Source: Alphaproteobacteria bacterium
GTDB lineage: Bacteria; Pseudomonadota; Alphaproteobacteria; RF32; CAG-239
Length of the DNA: 64,000 bases
Direction: 5' to 3'
Assembly (NCBI GenBank): GCA_045116295.1
Contig: JBGULQ010000013.1
Location: forward strand, 67,745-131,744
The position numbers were made by a program, and so were the translations under genes. Below, piece after piece: positions 29,163 through 37,886 of the stretch; within the stretch, counting starts at the first letter, position 1, and each line of letters starts with the position of its first letter. The notes below the pieces were generated by a model. That model saw only the letters and a program-made list of their open reading frames with translations. It ran no database searches and was not told the origin of the DNA.

Positions 29163-29393
29163 ATGGCAAATAAACAAACTTTCTTTAAGAAGAAAAAAGG
29201 CTGCCCGTTTTCAGGTGAAGATGGAATGGTTATCGACTACAAAGATGTCAAACTTTTGAGCCGTTACATTTCTGAAAAAGGCAAAATCATTCCAAGTCGT
29301 ATTACTAACGTTTCTGCCAAAAAGCAGAGAGAATTGGCTCGCGCCATCAAACGCGCTCGCTACATTGCTCTTCTTCCTTTTGTCGCTGATTAA
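29163..29393 (+). CDS. rpsR: 30S ribosomal protein S18
   Basis: 76 aa. [50 protein letters not shown]. Confidence 0.98.
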   Translation: MANKQTFFKKKKGCPFSGEDGMVIDYKDVKLLSRYISEKGKIIPSRITNVSAKKQRELARAIKRARYIALLPFVAD

Positions 29394-29404
29394 GGAGAAA
29401 AGAG

Positions 29405-29887
29405 ATGGAAGTAATTCTTTTGGAACATGTAAACAAATTGGGTAAGATGGGTGACAAAGTTACCGTAAAGAACGGTTATGCCCGCAACTACCTTTTGCCT
29501 ACCAAAAAGGCTCTCCGTGCAACAGAAGCCAACTTGGCTGTTTATGAAAAACAAAAAGCCGAGCTTGAAGCTCATAACAAGGCTTTGTTAGAAAACGCCA
29601 CCAAGCAGGCCGCTGATTTGCAAGGTTTCAAAGTTGTTTTGATCCGTCAAGCTGCCGAAACCGGCCAACTTTATGGATCTGTCAGCATTCGTGACATTGC
29701 CGCCGCAATGAAAGAAGCTGGCAAAAACATTGAACGTCGTTTTATTTCTTTAGAGCATCCGATTAAAGACCTTGGTGTTTATCGTGTAAACATCAATCTT
29801 CACCCGGAAGTCAGCCAAGAAATTTTGGTTAACGTTGCTCGTACTGAAGACGAAGCTAAAAAACAGGAAAATAATTTTAACAAATAA
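29405..29887 (+). CDS. rplI: 50S ribosomal protein L9
   Basis: 160 aa. MEVILLEHVNKLGKMGDKVTVKNGYARNYLLPTKKA. Confidence 0.98.
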   Translation: MEVILLEHVNKLGKMGDKVTVKNGYARNYLLPTKKALRATEANLAVYEKQKAELEAHNKALLENATKQAADLQGFKVVLIRQAAETGQLYGSVSIRDIAAAMKEAGKNIERRFISLEHPIKDLGVYRVNINLHPEVSQEILVNVARTEDEAKKQENNFNK

Positions 29888-29906
29888 TCTCTGTTTTTTA
29901 TTAAAA

Positions 29907-29930
29907 AGCCCCGCTCCGGCGGGGTTTTTT
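29907..29930 (+). terminator. rplI rho-independent terminator
   Basis: Stem CCCCGC / GCGGGG (29909-29914 / 29919-29924) followed by TTTTTT. Confidence 0.8.
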
Positions 29931-29957
29931 GCTATTGTTTTTTCTGTTATTTTTATG

Positions 29958-29986
29958 TTGACAATATCATTTTTTCCCCTTATAAG
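29958..29986 (+). promoter_or_regulatory. Near-consensus sigma-70 promoter of rpmH-rnpA-yidD-yidC
   Basis: TTGACA (29958-29963), 17-nt spacer, TATAAG (29981-29986). Confidence 0.55.
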
Positions 29987-30059
29987 AAACCCACAATAAC
30001 CGAGAACTCTGCGCAAAGCAGGGCTTTAAATAACTAATAATAAACCGGAGAATATAACA

Positions 30060-30194
30060 ATGAAACGTACATATCAACCTTCAAAAATCGTTAGAGCCCG
30101 TCGTCACGGCTTCCGCACACGTATGGCTACTCAAGGCGGACGCAAAGTTTTGGCAGCCCGCAGAGCCAGAGGACGCGCTAAGCTTTCCGCTTAA
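30060..30194 (+). CDS. rpmH: 50S ribosomal protein L34
   Basis: Below the ORF-track cutoff. Manual translation: [48 protein letters not shown] lies upstream. Confidence 0.97.
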   Translation: MKRTYQPSKIVRARRHGFRTRMATQGGRKVLAARRARGRAKLSA

Positions 30195-30211
30195 TTAAAG
30201 GCTCTTGGTCA

Positions 30212-30622
30212 ATGCCTTCTTTTTCGGTATTAAAAAAACGCCGTGATTTTGTCAGACTTACAAAGCATGGTGAGAGTATATCGACCTCAAGCTTAGTTTT
30301 ACAGGCAGCTCCAAGTGGTCTTGACACTCCGAGTACAAATTCACGGATTGGATATACAACCACCAAAAAGATAGGCAAAGCCCATATACGCAATCGTTGT
30401 CGTCGCAGGCTTAGGGCTGCGGCGGCATTATTTTTTGAGCAACTGGCGTTACCTAATTTTGATTATGTTCTGATTGCACGTTACACAACAGCAAATACTG
30501 ATTTTTCTATCATATGCCGCGACCTGCAATATGCCATCAAAAAAATCAATCGCCGATTCTCACCGGAGAACTCCAATGAAACTGCAACAGATAATTCGTC
30601 GATCGATAATTTGGCCGATTAA
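30212..30622 (+). CDS. rnpA: Ribonuclease P protein component
   Basis: 136 aa. Position after rpmH, and the basic motif [24 protein letters not shown]. Confidence 0.9.
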   Translation: MPSFSVLKKRRDFVRLTKHGESISTSSLVLQAAPSGLDTPSTNSRIGYTTTKKIGKAHIRNRCRRRLRAAAALFFEQLALPNFDYVLIARYTTANTDFSIICRDLQYAIKKINRRFSPENSNETATDNSSIDNLAD

Positions 30623-30824
30623 ATTTTATCAAAAATGCATTTCACCTCTGTTCCCCGGAGTTTGCCGTTACCAGCCGTCATGTTCTCAATACATGATTGA
30701 GGCCATTGAAATTCACGGCATTTTTAAGGGTATATATCTCGGAACCAAACGCATTCTGCGCTGTCATCCATGGGGTGGAAGCGGCTTTGATCCGGTACCC
30801 CCCAAACATGAACATAAACATTGA
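30576..30824 (+). CDS. yidD: Membrane protein insertion efficiency factor YidD
   Basis: ORF 30474-30824. The ATG at 30576 gives [48 protein letters not shown], the YidD signature. Confidence 0.93.
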   Translation: MKLQQIIRRSIIWPIKFYQKCISPLFPGVCRYQPSCSQYMIEAIEIHGIFKGIYLGTKRILRCHPWGGSGFDPVPPKHEHKH

Positions 30825-30894
30825 TAAAAACTTGCAATACTGCCAAATACTGCTATATTCTAGACAATCTAACAACCTATAGGGATATTTTCTG

Positions 30895-32559
30895 ATGAAA
30901 GATGAGTTAAAAAGTTTCTACACTGCCATTTTATTATCGCTAGCAGTAATTTTTTTATGTAACTATTTTTTTGTTGATAGCAAACCTCAGTCGCAAACTG
31001 CGACACAACAACCAACACCTCAACCGGTTGAAAAAATCACCAAAAAAGAATTGCCCGACTTATCCAAAACCAAACACGAAACTGTTGAGCACGTTTTACA
31101 ATCATCTTCCCGAATTCAAATATCCAATGACTTTTTAAAAGGTTCGATTCGAGTTGCCGGCGGACGCATTGATAATCTTTGGCTGAAAAAATATAAGCAA
31201 TCTCTTGATAAAAACAGTCCCGAAGTCGAGCTTTTTGCACCGGCAAAAACCACCAATCCATATTATGCGGAATTTGGGTGGCTATCTTCCGACAAACAGC
31301 TCAAACTCCCGACAGCCGACACTTTGTGGACGGTAAAAGGCTCCCAACTCACACCGCAAACCCCCTTAACACTCGAATGGAACAATGACGAGGGGCTGCG
31401 TTTTATTACTCAAATTTCCCTTGATGAGCATTATATGTTCAATATCAATCAATCTGTTGAAAACAATTCTTCATCTCCGATAACTATTTATCCATATGGA
31501 CTGATTGCCCGCAACTACGAGCAAACACCGCGAGCAAGCGTCGTCCACGAAGGAATGATCGGCGTATTTAATGACGAACTTGAAGAAATCAAATATTCTG
31601 ACTTAAAAAAAGGCGCAAAAAAATTTGAAACCTCCAAAGGCTGGCTTGGTTTTTCCGACCGTTATTGGTTTTCGGCCTTTATACTCAACTCCCAACAACC
31701 ATCAAACATAACTTTCAGCCAAAACGACAATCTTTACCAAACAGATTTTGTTGGAGCTCCTTTAACTATTGAAGCCGGTGGCATTGCAACATCACAACAA
31801 ATGCTTTATGCCGGTGCCAAAGAAATAAAACTTTTGGATAAATACACAAAGAACCTTAACATCAACAAGTTTGATTTAGCAGTAGATTTCGGCTGGTACT
31901 ACTTTTTAACCAAACCGTTTTTCTACATTTTAGATTATCTTTATAAAATTATCGGCAATATGGGCTGGGCAATTTTGCTTTTTGCCGCTTTGCTGCGTTT
32001 GGCAATGTTTCCAATCGCCAACAAGTCATATGAAAGCATGGCAAAAATGAAAAAACTGCAACCTAAATTAAAAGAACTTCAGGAAAAATATGCTGATGAC
32101 AAACGCAAAATTCAACAAGAAACCCTGTTTCTCTACCAAAAAGAAAAGATAAATCCGGCATCCGGCTGCCTACCGATGTTTATACAAATTCCGGTATTCT
32201 TTTCACTTTACAAAGTGTTGAATATTGCAATAGAAATCCGTCAAGCCCCGTTCATCGGCTGGATAAAAGACCTTTCTGCTCCAGACCCGCTAACCATCTC
32301 GACTTGGTCACACTTGCCGATTCCCGGATTTTTAGATATAGGCATTTGGCCAATCATCATGGGTATCACCATGTTCATTCAGCAAAAGATGAATCCGGCA
32401 CCTACCAACAAAGATCAGGCTCGCGCTTTTGCCATGATGCCCCTCATCTTTACTTTTATGATGGGACATTTTGCCGCCGGTCTTGTGATTTATTGGTCGT
32501 TCAGCAACTTGCTTTCTATTTTGCAACAACGAGCCATTCTTTATAAAAACAAGGCATAA
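30895..32559 (+). CDS. yidC: Membrane protein insertase YidC
   Basis: 554 aa. Large periplasmic domain plus the conserved GWAILLFAALLRLAMFPI...MKKLQPKLKELQEKY...GCLPMFIQIPVFFSLY core. Confidence 0.98.
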   Translation: MKDELKSFYTAILLSLAVIFLCNYFFVDSKPQSQTATQQPTPQPVEKITKKELPDLSKTKHETVEHVLQSSSRIQISNDFLKGSIRVAGGRIDNLWLKKYKQSLDKNSPEVELFAPAKTTNPYYAEFGWLSSDKQLKLPTADTLWTVKGSQLTPQTPLTLEWNNDEGLRFITQISLDEHYMFNINQSVENNSSSPITIYPYGLIARNYEQTPRASVVHEGMIGVFNDELEEIKYSDLKKGAKKFETSKGWLGFSDRYWFSAFILNSQQPSNITFSQNDNLYQTDFVGAPLTIEAGGIATSQQMLYAGAKEIKLLDKYTKNLNINKFDLAVDFGWYYFLTKPFFYILDYLYKIIGNMGWAILLFAALLRLAMFPIANKSYESMAKMKKLQPKLKELQEKYADDKRKIQQETLFLYQKEKINPASGCLPMFIQIPVFFSLYKVLNIAIEIRQAPFIGWIKDLSAPDPLTISTWSHLPIPGFLDIGIWPIIMGITMFIQQKMNPAPTNKDQARAFAMMPLIFTFMMGHFAAGLVIYWSFSNLLSILQQRAILYKNKA

Positions 32560-32562
32560 GCT

Positions 32563-33207
32563 ATGGAAACTCCAACCCCGCGCTACACAGAAGAAGCTTT
32601 GCAACGAGGCAAAAATCTTTTTGCCTCGGATTGCTCCTTCATGCTCGGGGTTGCAGCTTTATCCCAATTACCCCCTGACAATGAGCTTGATGAAATTGCT
32701 TTTGCCGGACGTTCAAACGTTGGAAAATCCAGCCTGATTAACGCCCTCACCGGCAGGAAAACTCTTGCCAAAACCTCCAACACTCCCGGGCGCACTCAAC
32801 AATTAAATTACTTCAACTTAGGCAACAAACTTTATATTGTCGATATGCCCGGTTATGGTTTTGCACAAGCACCAGATTCGCTCGTTAAAAAATGGCAAAA
32901 GATGATTTTTGCCTATCTTCAGGGAAGAGTAAATCTAAAAAGGGTATTTTTACTTATTGATTCACGACACGGTATCAAAAAAGTTGATTCCGAAATAATG
33001 GAAATGCTTGATAAAGCCGCCGTTAACTATCAAATAATTTTAACCAAAACCGACAAGATTTCTGCAGTTGAGTTAGCAAAAGTTATCAACGAAACTAACA
33101 AAATAATCAAAGAGCATGCCGCCGCACACATTAACCTCATTGCCACCAGCTCTGAAAAAAATCGCGGTATAGACGAACTCCGCGCCGAAATTGCCGGTTT
33201 GATCTGA
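32563..33207 (+). CDS. engB: Ribosome biogenesis GTP-binding protein YihA/EngB
   Basis: 214 aa. G1 [15 protein letters not shown]3 DMPGYG, G4 TKTDK. Confidence 0.95.
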   Translation: METPTPRYTEEALQRGKNLFASDCSFMLGVAALSQLPPDNELDEIAFAGRSNVGKSSLINALTGRKTLAKTSNTPGRTQQLNYFNLGNKLYIVDMPGYGFAQAPDSLVKKWQKMIFAYLQGRVNLKRVFLLIDSRHGIKKVDSEIMEMLDKAAVNYQIILTKTDKISAVELAKVINETNKIIKEHAAAHINLIATSSEKNRGIDELRAEIAGLI

Positions 33208-33354
33208 CTATTTAATTGTCCTCAAATAACTTTAAATTCTAAACGAAAAATGTTGACGCCTATGCCTTGTTCCGTGTAATCTTAAAATATCGTGATTGTA
33301 TTAGCAAATTTAACAGATTTATGTACATCAACAGATATTTATGGAAAATACTGA

Positions 33355-33597
33355 ATGAACAAAACAGTTGAACAGCACATAAGCAATATCGAAAATGCTA
33401 ATTTTATAATTTTAAACTTAATCCAAAAGCTCTCAATTTTATCCCAAAATTGTGATGAAACTACAGTCCAAACTTACAAACAGCAGATTCGCCAGTTGCA
33501 AAAAGACCTCAAACATCTTGACAATCCTCAAATCTTTGCCAAAGTACAAAACACATACATACCGTACTTAAAACTATTATTGGAGGCCGACAAATGA
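33355..33597 (+). CDS. 80-aa predicted all-helical protein, candidate antitoxin/adaptor of the downstream zeta-family kinase
   Basis: Overlaps the kinase start by ATGA (33594-33597). Heptad-like composition. No family recognised. Confidence 0.55.
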   Translation: MNKTVEQHISNIENANFIILNLIQKLSILSQNCDETTVQTYKQQIRQLQKDLKHLDNPQIFAKVQNTYIPYLKLLLEADK

Positions 33598-34517
33598 TCG
33601 AATATGCCCCGCTTCTCTCACCTGAAGAACACGAAAAATGGGTTAACGATTTAATTATTCCGACCTTTACCCAAGGTCGTACCCCTTCAAAAAATCCGAC
33701 ATTTATTCTAATCACCGGCCAACCCGGAGCCGGAAAAAGCTACTCTTCACATCGCTATGCACAAGACCATCTTGAACAAACTCCGGTACTTTTTGGCGCT
33801 GACGACATCAGAGCCTTACACCCTCAAGCCGAGGAAATCATGCGTACGGATCGTACAAACTACCCTTTTATCACAAAAAAAGATTCCGGCTTAGCCCGAG
33901 CCAAACTTCTCGACTACTGTTTTCAACACGGTTACAATATTGTTGTTGAAAGCATTCTCTCCAGCAGAGAAGACTACAAAATGCCGACACTTCTCCAAGC
34001 CCGTGAACAGGGATATCGGGTTGAGTGCGCCGCGCTTGCTGTACACCACAGTGTCAGCGAAGTTTCAATTTTCTGGCGACAGGAAAAACAACTCGCGATT
34101 ACTAAAGAAATAGGCTTTCCCCCAACTCTTGAGATTCATGATCAGGTTTATTCATGGTTACCACACATTCTGGCCAACATGAACGACTATCAAACTGTCG
34201 ATAAACTCAGCATTTACACTCGTTCATACCAATGCTACTATGACAGCGACGTAGACCCAAAAGATCCCATTTATATCAAACAACGTATGAAAGAGGGACG
34301 CAACAGCTACCTCAATCTTGAAGACATGAGCGATATTGCCATCAAATGGCAGGAAGTTCTGCGCATGATGGAAACTCGCGGCGCACCACAAAAAGAAATC
34401 GACAACGTTCGCGAACTAAGTGCCAAATTTATGAAAAACTCCGGACTTACCATGTCTTCAGAATTCAGAAATTATTCGGCTTTGCTTAATCAAATTAAAC
34501 GAGGCAGCAGAGACTGA
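33594..34517 (+). CDS. Zeta toxin family kinase (P-loop)
   Basis: 307 aa. Walker A ILITGQPGAGKS, then VLFGADDIRALHP, YNIVVESIL, GYRVECAALAV and HDQV, in the same order as the PezT/zeta blocks (GGQPGAGKS, DxDxFR..HP, YNLIIEGT, GY.V.L.V, HD). Confidence 0.75.
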   Translation: MIEYAPLLSPEEHEKWVNDLIIPTFTQGRTPSKNPTFILITGQPGAGKSYSSHRYAQDHLEQTPVLFGADDIRALHPQAEEIMRTDRTNYPFITKKDSGLARAKLLDYCFQHGYNIVVESILSSREDYKMPTLLQAREQGYRVECAALAVHHSVSEVSIFWRQEKQLAITKEIGFPPTLEIHDQVYSWLPHILANMNDYQTVDKLSIYTRSYQCYYDSDVDPKDPIYIKQRMKEGRNSYLNLEDMSDIAIKWQEVLRMMETRGAPQKEIDNVRELSAKFMKNSGLTMSSEFRNYSALLNQIKRGSRD

Positions 34518-35101
34518 TGAAAAAGACATTTTATATTTTTCGCCACGGACAAAGTAGCTACAACCTTGCCGGACGCACACAGGGGCAAACCAACGATTCG
34601 GTTTTGACCGAACTCGGACAACAGCAGGCTGTCCAAGTCGGACAAAGACTGCAAGACAAACATATAGAGCTCATTTTATGCTCGCCTTTGGTTCGTGCAC
34701 GCCAAACCGCAGAGTTAGCCAATCGCAGTCTTAATGTTCCTATTATCTATGACGACCGCTTTATTGAGGTCAACGTTGGAGAAATAGAAGGCTTGCACTA
34801 TACTGAAATAATGGAAAAATATGGCGAAAAATACCAGCAATGGCGCAGCTCTGATCAGCAATTTGAAAACCTGCGTTTTAATGGCGGAGAAAGCAAAAAA
34901 GAAGTCCGCCAACGTGTTTTTGCCGGTCTGCAGGAATATGCCGAACATTCACCTTACTCCGTGATTGCCGTTTCTTCTCACGGCATAATGCTGACACAAC
35001 TGTTTATTGCTTTGGGAGAAAAAGCCATAGATGTCCCCAACGGCTCAATTTTACAGCTTGAATACCAAGACAATTCGTGGAAAATCGTCGGTCTTATATA
35101 A
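34517..35101 (+). CDS. Histidine phosphatase family protein (PGAM-like branch 1)
   Basis: 194 aa. RHGQSSYN (RHG), SPLVRARQT, GEIEG and SSHG, so all the catalytic signature blocks are present. The start overlaps the kinase stop (TGATG). Confidence 0.85.
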   Translation: MKKTFYIFRHGQSSYNLAGRTQGQTNDSVLTELGQQQAVQVGQRLQDKHIELILCSPLVRARQTAELANRSLNVPIIYDDRFIEVNVGEIEGLHYTEIMEKYGEKYQQWRSSDQQFENLRFNGGESKKEVRQRVFAGLQEYAEHSPYSVIAVSSHGIMLTQLFIALGEKAIDVPNGSILQLEYQDNSWKIVGLI

Positions 35102-35387
35102 ATGAGGATATGCTTATACTCCAAAATCGGAGCATTCGCAAACTCATCTACCCATAAACAGACACGCTTTGTTGTACAAACACCTCTTACAAACCGAAAA
35201 TTAAATTCCAGTAATTATACAACAATTTAGCATCAATAATACGACAGACATATCCTGCCACATTATTTAAGCATCAGTCAAAATTTTTGGTACCCTTAAA
35301 ACCACAGACAAACAACTTCAGAAATACCCACTAGATATCATAAATACTGTAAACATGCCAATATATAGTGCATTTCTAGCACAAAAG

Positions 35388-36110
35388 CTAGCGTATAAAG
35401 TTCTTGACTGCTCTCTTTATTGTTGCAAACGCACACAAACTATGTGCTCTGGCAATACGCCTTTTGCGGTCGAAGTATTCTTGCATGGTTTGAGCATCTT
35501 TTTCTTTCATCTCTGGCGCAATCAACAGATTATCAATGATGTTTAATAATTTTTTTTGTGTTTTTTTGTTCTGTTTGTACGCTTGAGTCATTTTATAACG
35601 CCCTTCCAAAGGAATAGCATAACCTTCATCATCGTACTTTTCTTTTGAAAAATTTTTTTGAAAATCTATAATTTTATCAAGCACAATCTTTAGAGTTGTG
35701 GCCTCATTCTCTTTAGAAAAATCTGCAAAGCTTCCATACATTTTCATTCTATCCAAAGTTTTTTCACCCAAAGACACGTCAACATACGTCAATCCCGGAG
35801 AGGATTGAAAAACATACCCAGTCTCGTGTGGTGAACTAGAATACGCGCGAATAATCAAAGGAGGATTTTTTAAAGACTCATCGTTTGCATTAAAAATTGT
35901 ATACTTTAGATAAGATACATGCATATCTTTTTGATAAGAGGCTTTTTGTTTACCAATGTAAAATGTACCTTTATTTGTTTTTACGTTGTAAAATTCTACT
36001 GGAGCATCTTCTTTGTATTCATAATTCGGGTATTTGTTTATTATTGCATTTAGAGTTTGCCGTAATTCATTATCTTCAATTTTGGTTTGTTTAAGCATTA
36101 GCTCCTCCAT
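35388..36110 (-). CDS. Hypothetical 240-aa cytoplasmic/lysine-rich protein, orphan
   Basis: Long ORF with no signal peptide and no recognisable motif. It lies inside the tRNA-Arg-proximal accessory patch. Confidence 0.55.
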   Translation of the reverse strand: MEELMLKQTKIEDNELRQTLNAIINKYPNYEYKEDAPVEFYNVKTNKGTFYIGKQKASYQKDMHVSYLKYTIFNANDESLKNPPLIIRAYSSSPHETGYVFQSSPGLTYVDVSLGEKTLDRMKMYGSFADFSKENEATTLKIVLDKIIDFQKNFSKEKYDDEGYAIPLEGRYKMTQAYKQNKKTQKKLLNIIDNLLIAPEMKEKDAQTMQEYFDRKRRIARAHSLCAFATIKRAVKNFIR

Positions 36111-36291
36111 CTAACCTCGACCCTCTAATTGTACACCTAAATGACATTAAAATCAAACAAATTCATAGCGAAAAGTCATAACTTTTCTCCCATTACTTGA
36201 TAACTATATTTTTTATAAAATGCGATATTTCTTCTAACTCAATTGTAGACTTCTTTAGTTTTTCAAAACAACAATCACATAAACACAAAGT

Positions 36292-36324
36292 CCACTTGCT
36301 TTAAAAACATAAAACCCCACCTTT
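36292..36324. repeat. 33-nt copy of the tRNA-Arg-proximal junction repeat
   Basis: CCACTTGCTTTAAAAACATAAAACCCCACCTTT matches 37350-37382 at 32 of 33 positions. Confidence 0.8.
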
Positions 36325-36547
36325 TGAAGATGTATTTCAAGATTACGCCGACGGGCTTTCCCCCGAAAATATTGTTCAAGAACTTGATAAAATCAGCAAC
36401 GTCGCTAAAACAAATATCTTTATTGATGCCGAAGGAAAATTAAAAGACAACAATTCTTTTTCATTTGAAAGAGCCACCCAATTTGTACAAAACGCACTGA
36501 ATTGGAACAGACTGCATCTTCCCACCAACCAGCACGAAATGCTTTAA
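36305..36547 (+). pseudogene. Possible start-less C-terminal gene remnant abutting the repeat
   Basis: 80 open codons with no ATG, GTG or TTG start (...EDVFQDYADGLSPENIVQELDKISNVAKTNIFIDAEGKLKDNNSFSFERATQFVQNALNWNRLHLPTNQHEML*). The open frame begins inside the 36292-36324 repeat. A chance ORF cannot be excluded. Confidence 0.3.
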
Positions 36548-36666
36548 TCTTTAGTCATACTTGTTTATCTTAAAAAAATAACTTGACAAAAAGTCGTTTT
36601 TGTATATAATGCCAACCACTTGAGTATTATTAATATTTCTTTACTATTATTTAAAATCTTTACATT

Positions 36667-37278
36667 ATGAAAAAAATTCTTTTTATTTTAATTGCCATGC
36701 TTGTTGCTTTTCAAGCAACTTCGCAAGAATTCCTCACGGTAGAGCACAGCTGGATTGACAAACATGGATATCCTGGGGTACGTCTTTCAAACGGAGTAGA
36801 AGTGTTTCACCTTGGCGGCGACAGTAAAGGTAGTTTTTATAGCTCATCAAGAAAAGAGACATGTCGTACTAACTTCAAGAAAAGGACTAAATACCCAAAG
36901 GGTGCAATAATTTACCATCAAGGCACAATTTATGAGTTTGAGAAAGTAATTCTGCGAGGAACTTATACCATCACAGAAGTATTTCGAAACGAAATCAATG
37001 TTGAGACCCAAGCCCACATCAATGGTGCATTCAGCTACAACAGCTTTCTTGCTTTTATATCGGCTTTTGGTGGTGGCGGAGGTGGAAAAGCCAAGGGTTC
37101 CTTTTCCGGTTCGATGCAAGGTGGCACGAAAACCGTTGTCAATGTGTTTTTTGGCGATGGTAAATATGCTTCAATCACCGCTGCAGAAGATCCCATCTGG
37201 CTTCAGGCTAAACCCGGAATGAAAATCGAACATTATACCGTGCGTGACGTGAACTTGTACAAACTCATCATCAGATGA
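36667..37278 (+). CDS. Secreted hypothetical protein with a Gly-rich segment
   Basis: 203 aa. Signal peptide MKKILFILIAMLVAFQATS and an FGGGGGGKAKGSFSGSMQGG stretch. It is flanked by the two 33-nt repeats. Confidence 0.6.
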   Translation: MKKILFILIAMLVAFQATSQEFLTVEHSWIDKHGYPGVRLSNGVEVFHLGGDSKGSFYSSSRKETCRTNFKKRTKYPKGAIIYHQGTIYEFEKVILRGTYTITEVFRNEINVETQAHINGAFSYNSFLAFISAFGGGGGGKAKGSFSGSMQGGTKTVVNVFFGDGKYASITAAEDPIWLQAKPGMKIEHYTVRDVNLYKLIIR

Positions 37279-37337
37279 TCTTATTCATCATAAGCCTCCC
37301 TCATGGGGGCTTATGACATTTTAAAACCTACAATTGC

Positions 37338-37422
37338 GTTCAAAACCCGCCACTTGCTTTAAAAACACAAAACCCCACCTTTAACAGTGGAGCCTTACTA
37401 AAAAACTGGCGCGTTCGGCGGA
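37338..37422. repeat. ~85-nt duplicate of the tRNA-Arg 3' flank plus tRNA 3' end (att-like)
   Basis: Aligns with 37545-37618. It includes TGGCGCGTTCGGCGG (37407-37421) against the tRNA 3' end TGGCGCGCTCGGCGG (37602-37616), a 14 of 15 match. Confidence 0.75.
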
Positions 37423-37565
37423 TGGCCGAAGAAAAAACTGCCTGAATGCAGTTTTTTCAAGGAGACACAATGAGGCTTGATTTTGTGAGCAAGATTTCAT
37501 CGAAGCGAAACAAAATCTTTAGCCGGAATTGAACGAACTCACAAGTTCGAAGCCCGCCGGATTTA

Positions 37566-37594
37566 AAACGCAAAACCCCTCTTTAATCGAGGGG
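37566..37594 (-). terminator. Terminator hairpin downstream of tRNA-Arg
   Basis: Stem CCCCTC / GAGGGG (37576-37581 / 37589-37594), with a T-rich tract on the minus strand. Confidence 0.55.
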
Positions 37595-37601
37595 TTTATA
37601 A

Positions 37602-37678
37602 TGGCGCGCTCGGCGGGATTCGAACTCACAACCTTCTGATCCGTAGTCAGATGCTCTATCCAATTGAGCTACGAGCGC
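37602..37678 (-). tRNA. tRNA-Arg (anticodon ACG), CCA encoded
   Basis: Reverse complement is GCGCTCG-TA-GCTC-AATTGGATA-GAGC-A-TCTGA-CTACGGA-TCAGA-AGGTT-GTGAG-TTCGAAT-CCCGC-CGAGCGC-G-CCA. The T-stem has one A-C mismatch and one G-U pair. Confidence 0.88.
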
Positions 37679-37886
37679 ATAATTTTGCGTTACGAACACC
37701 TTAATACATTCTTTTATTTTTTTTTGCAAGCAAAATTTAAACAAATTTAATTTTTTTAGTATAGCCTACAGTCAGAAGTTAGCTTTATGATTCTATACAT
37801 CAAAATTTTCTTTACAAAAACAAAGAAAAGTGTAAAAAATCATTAGGCCCAAAATTTAATTTTTTTGAATAAAAGGTAATAATTAT

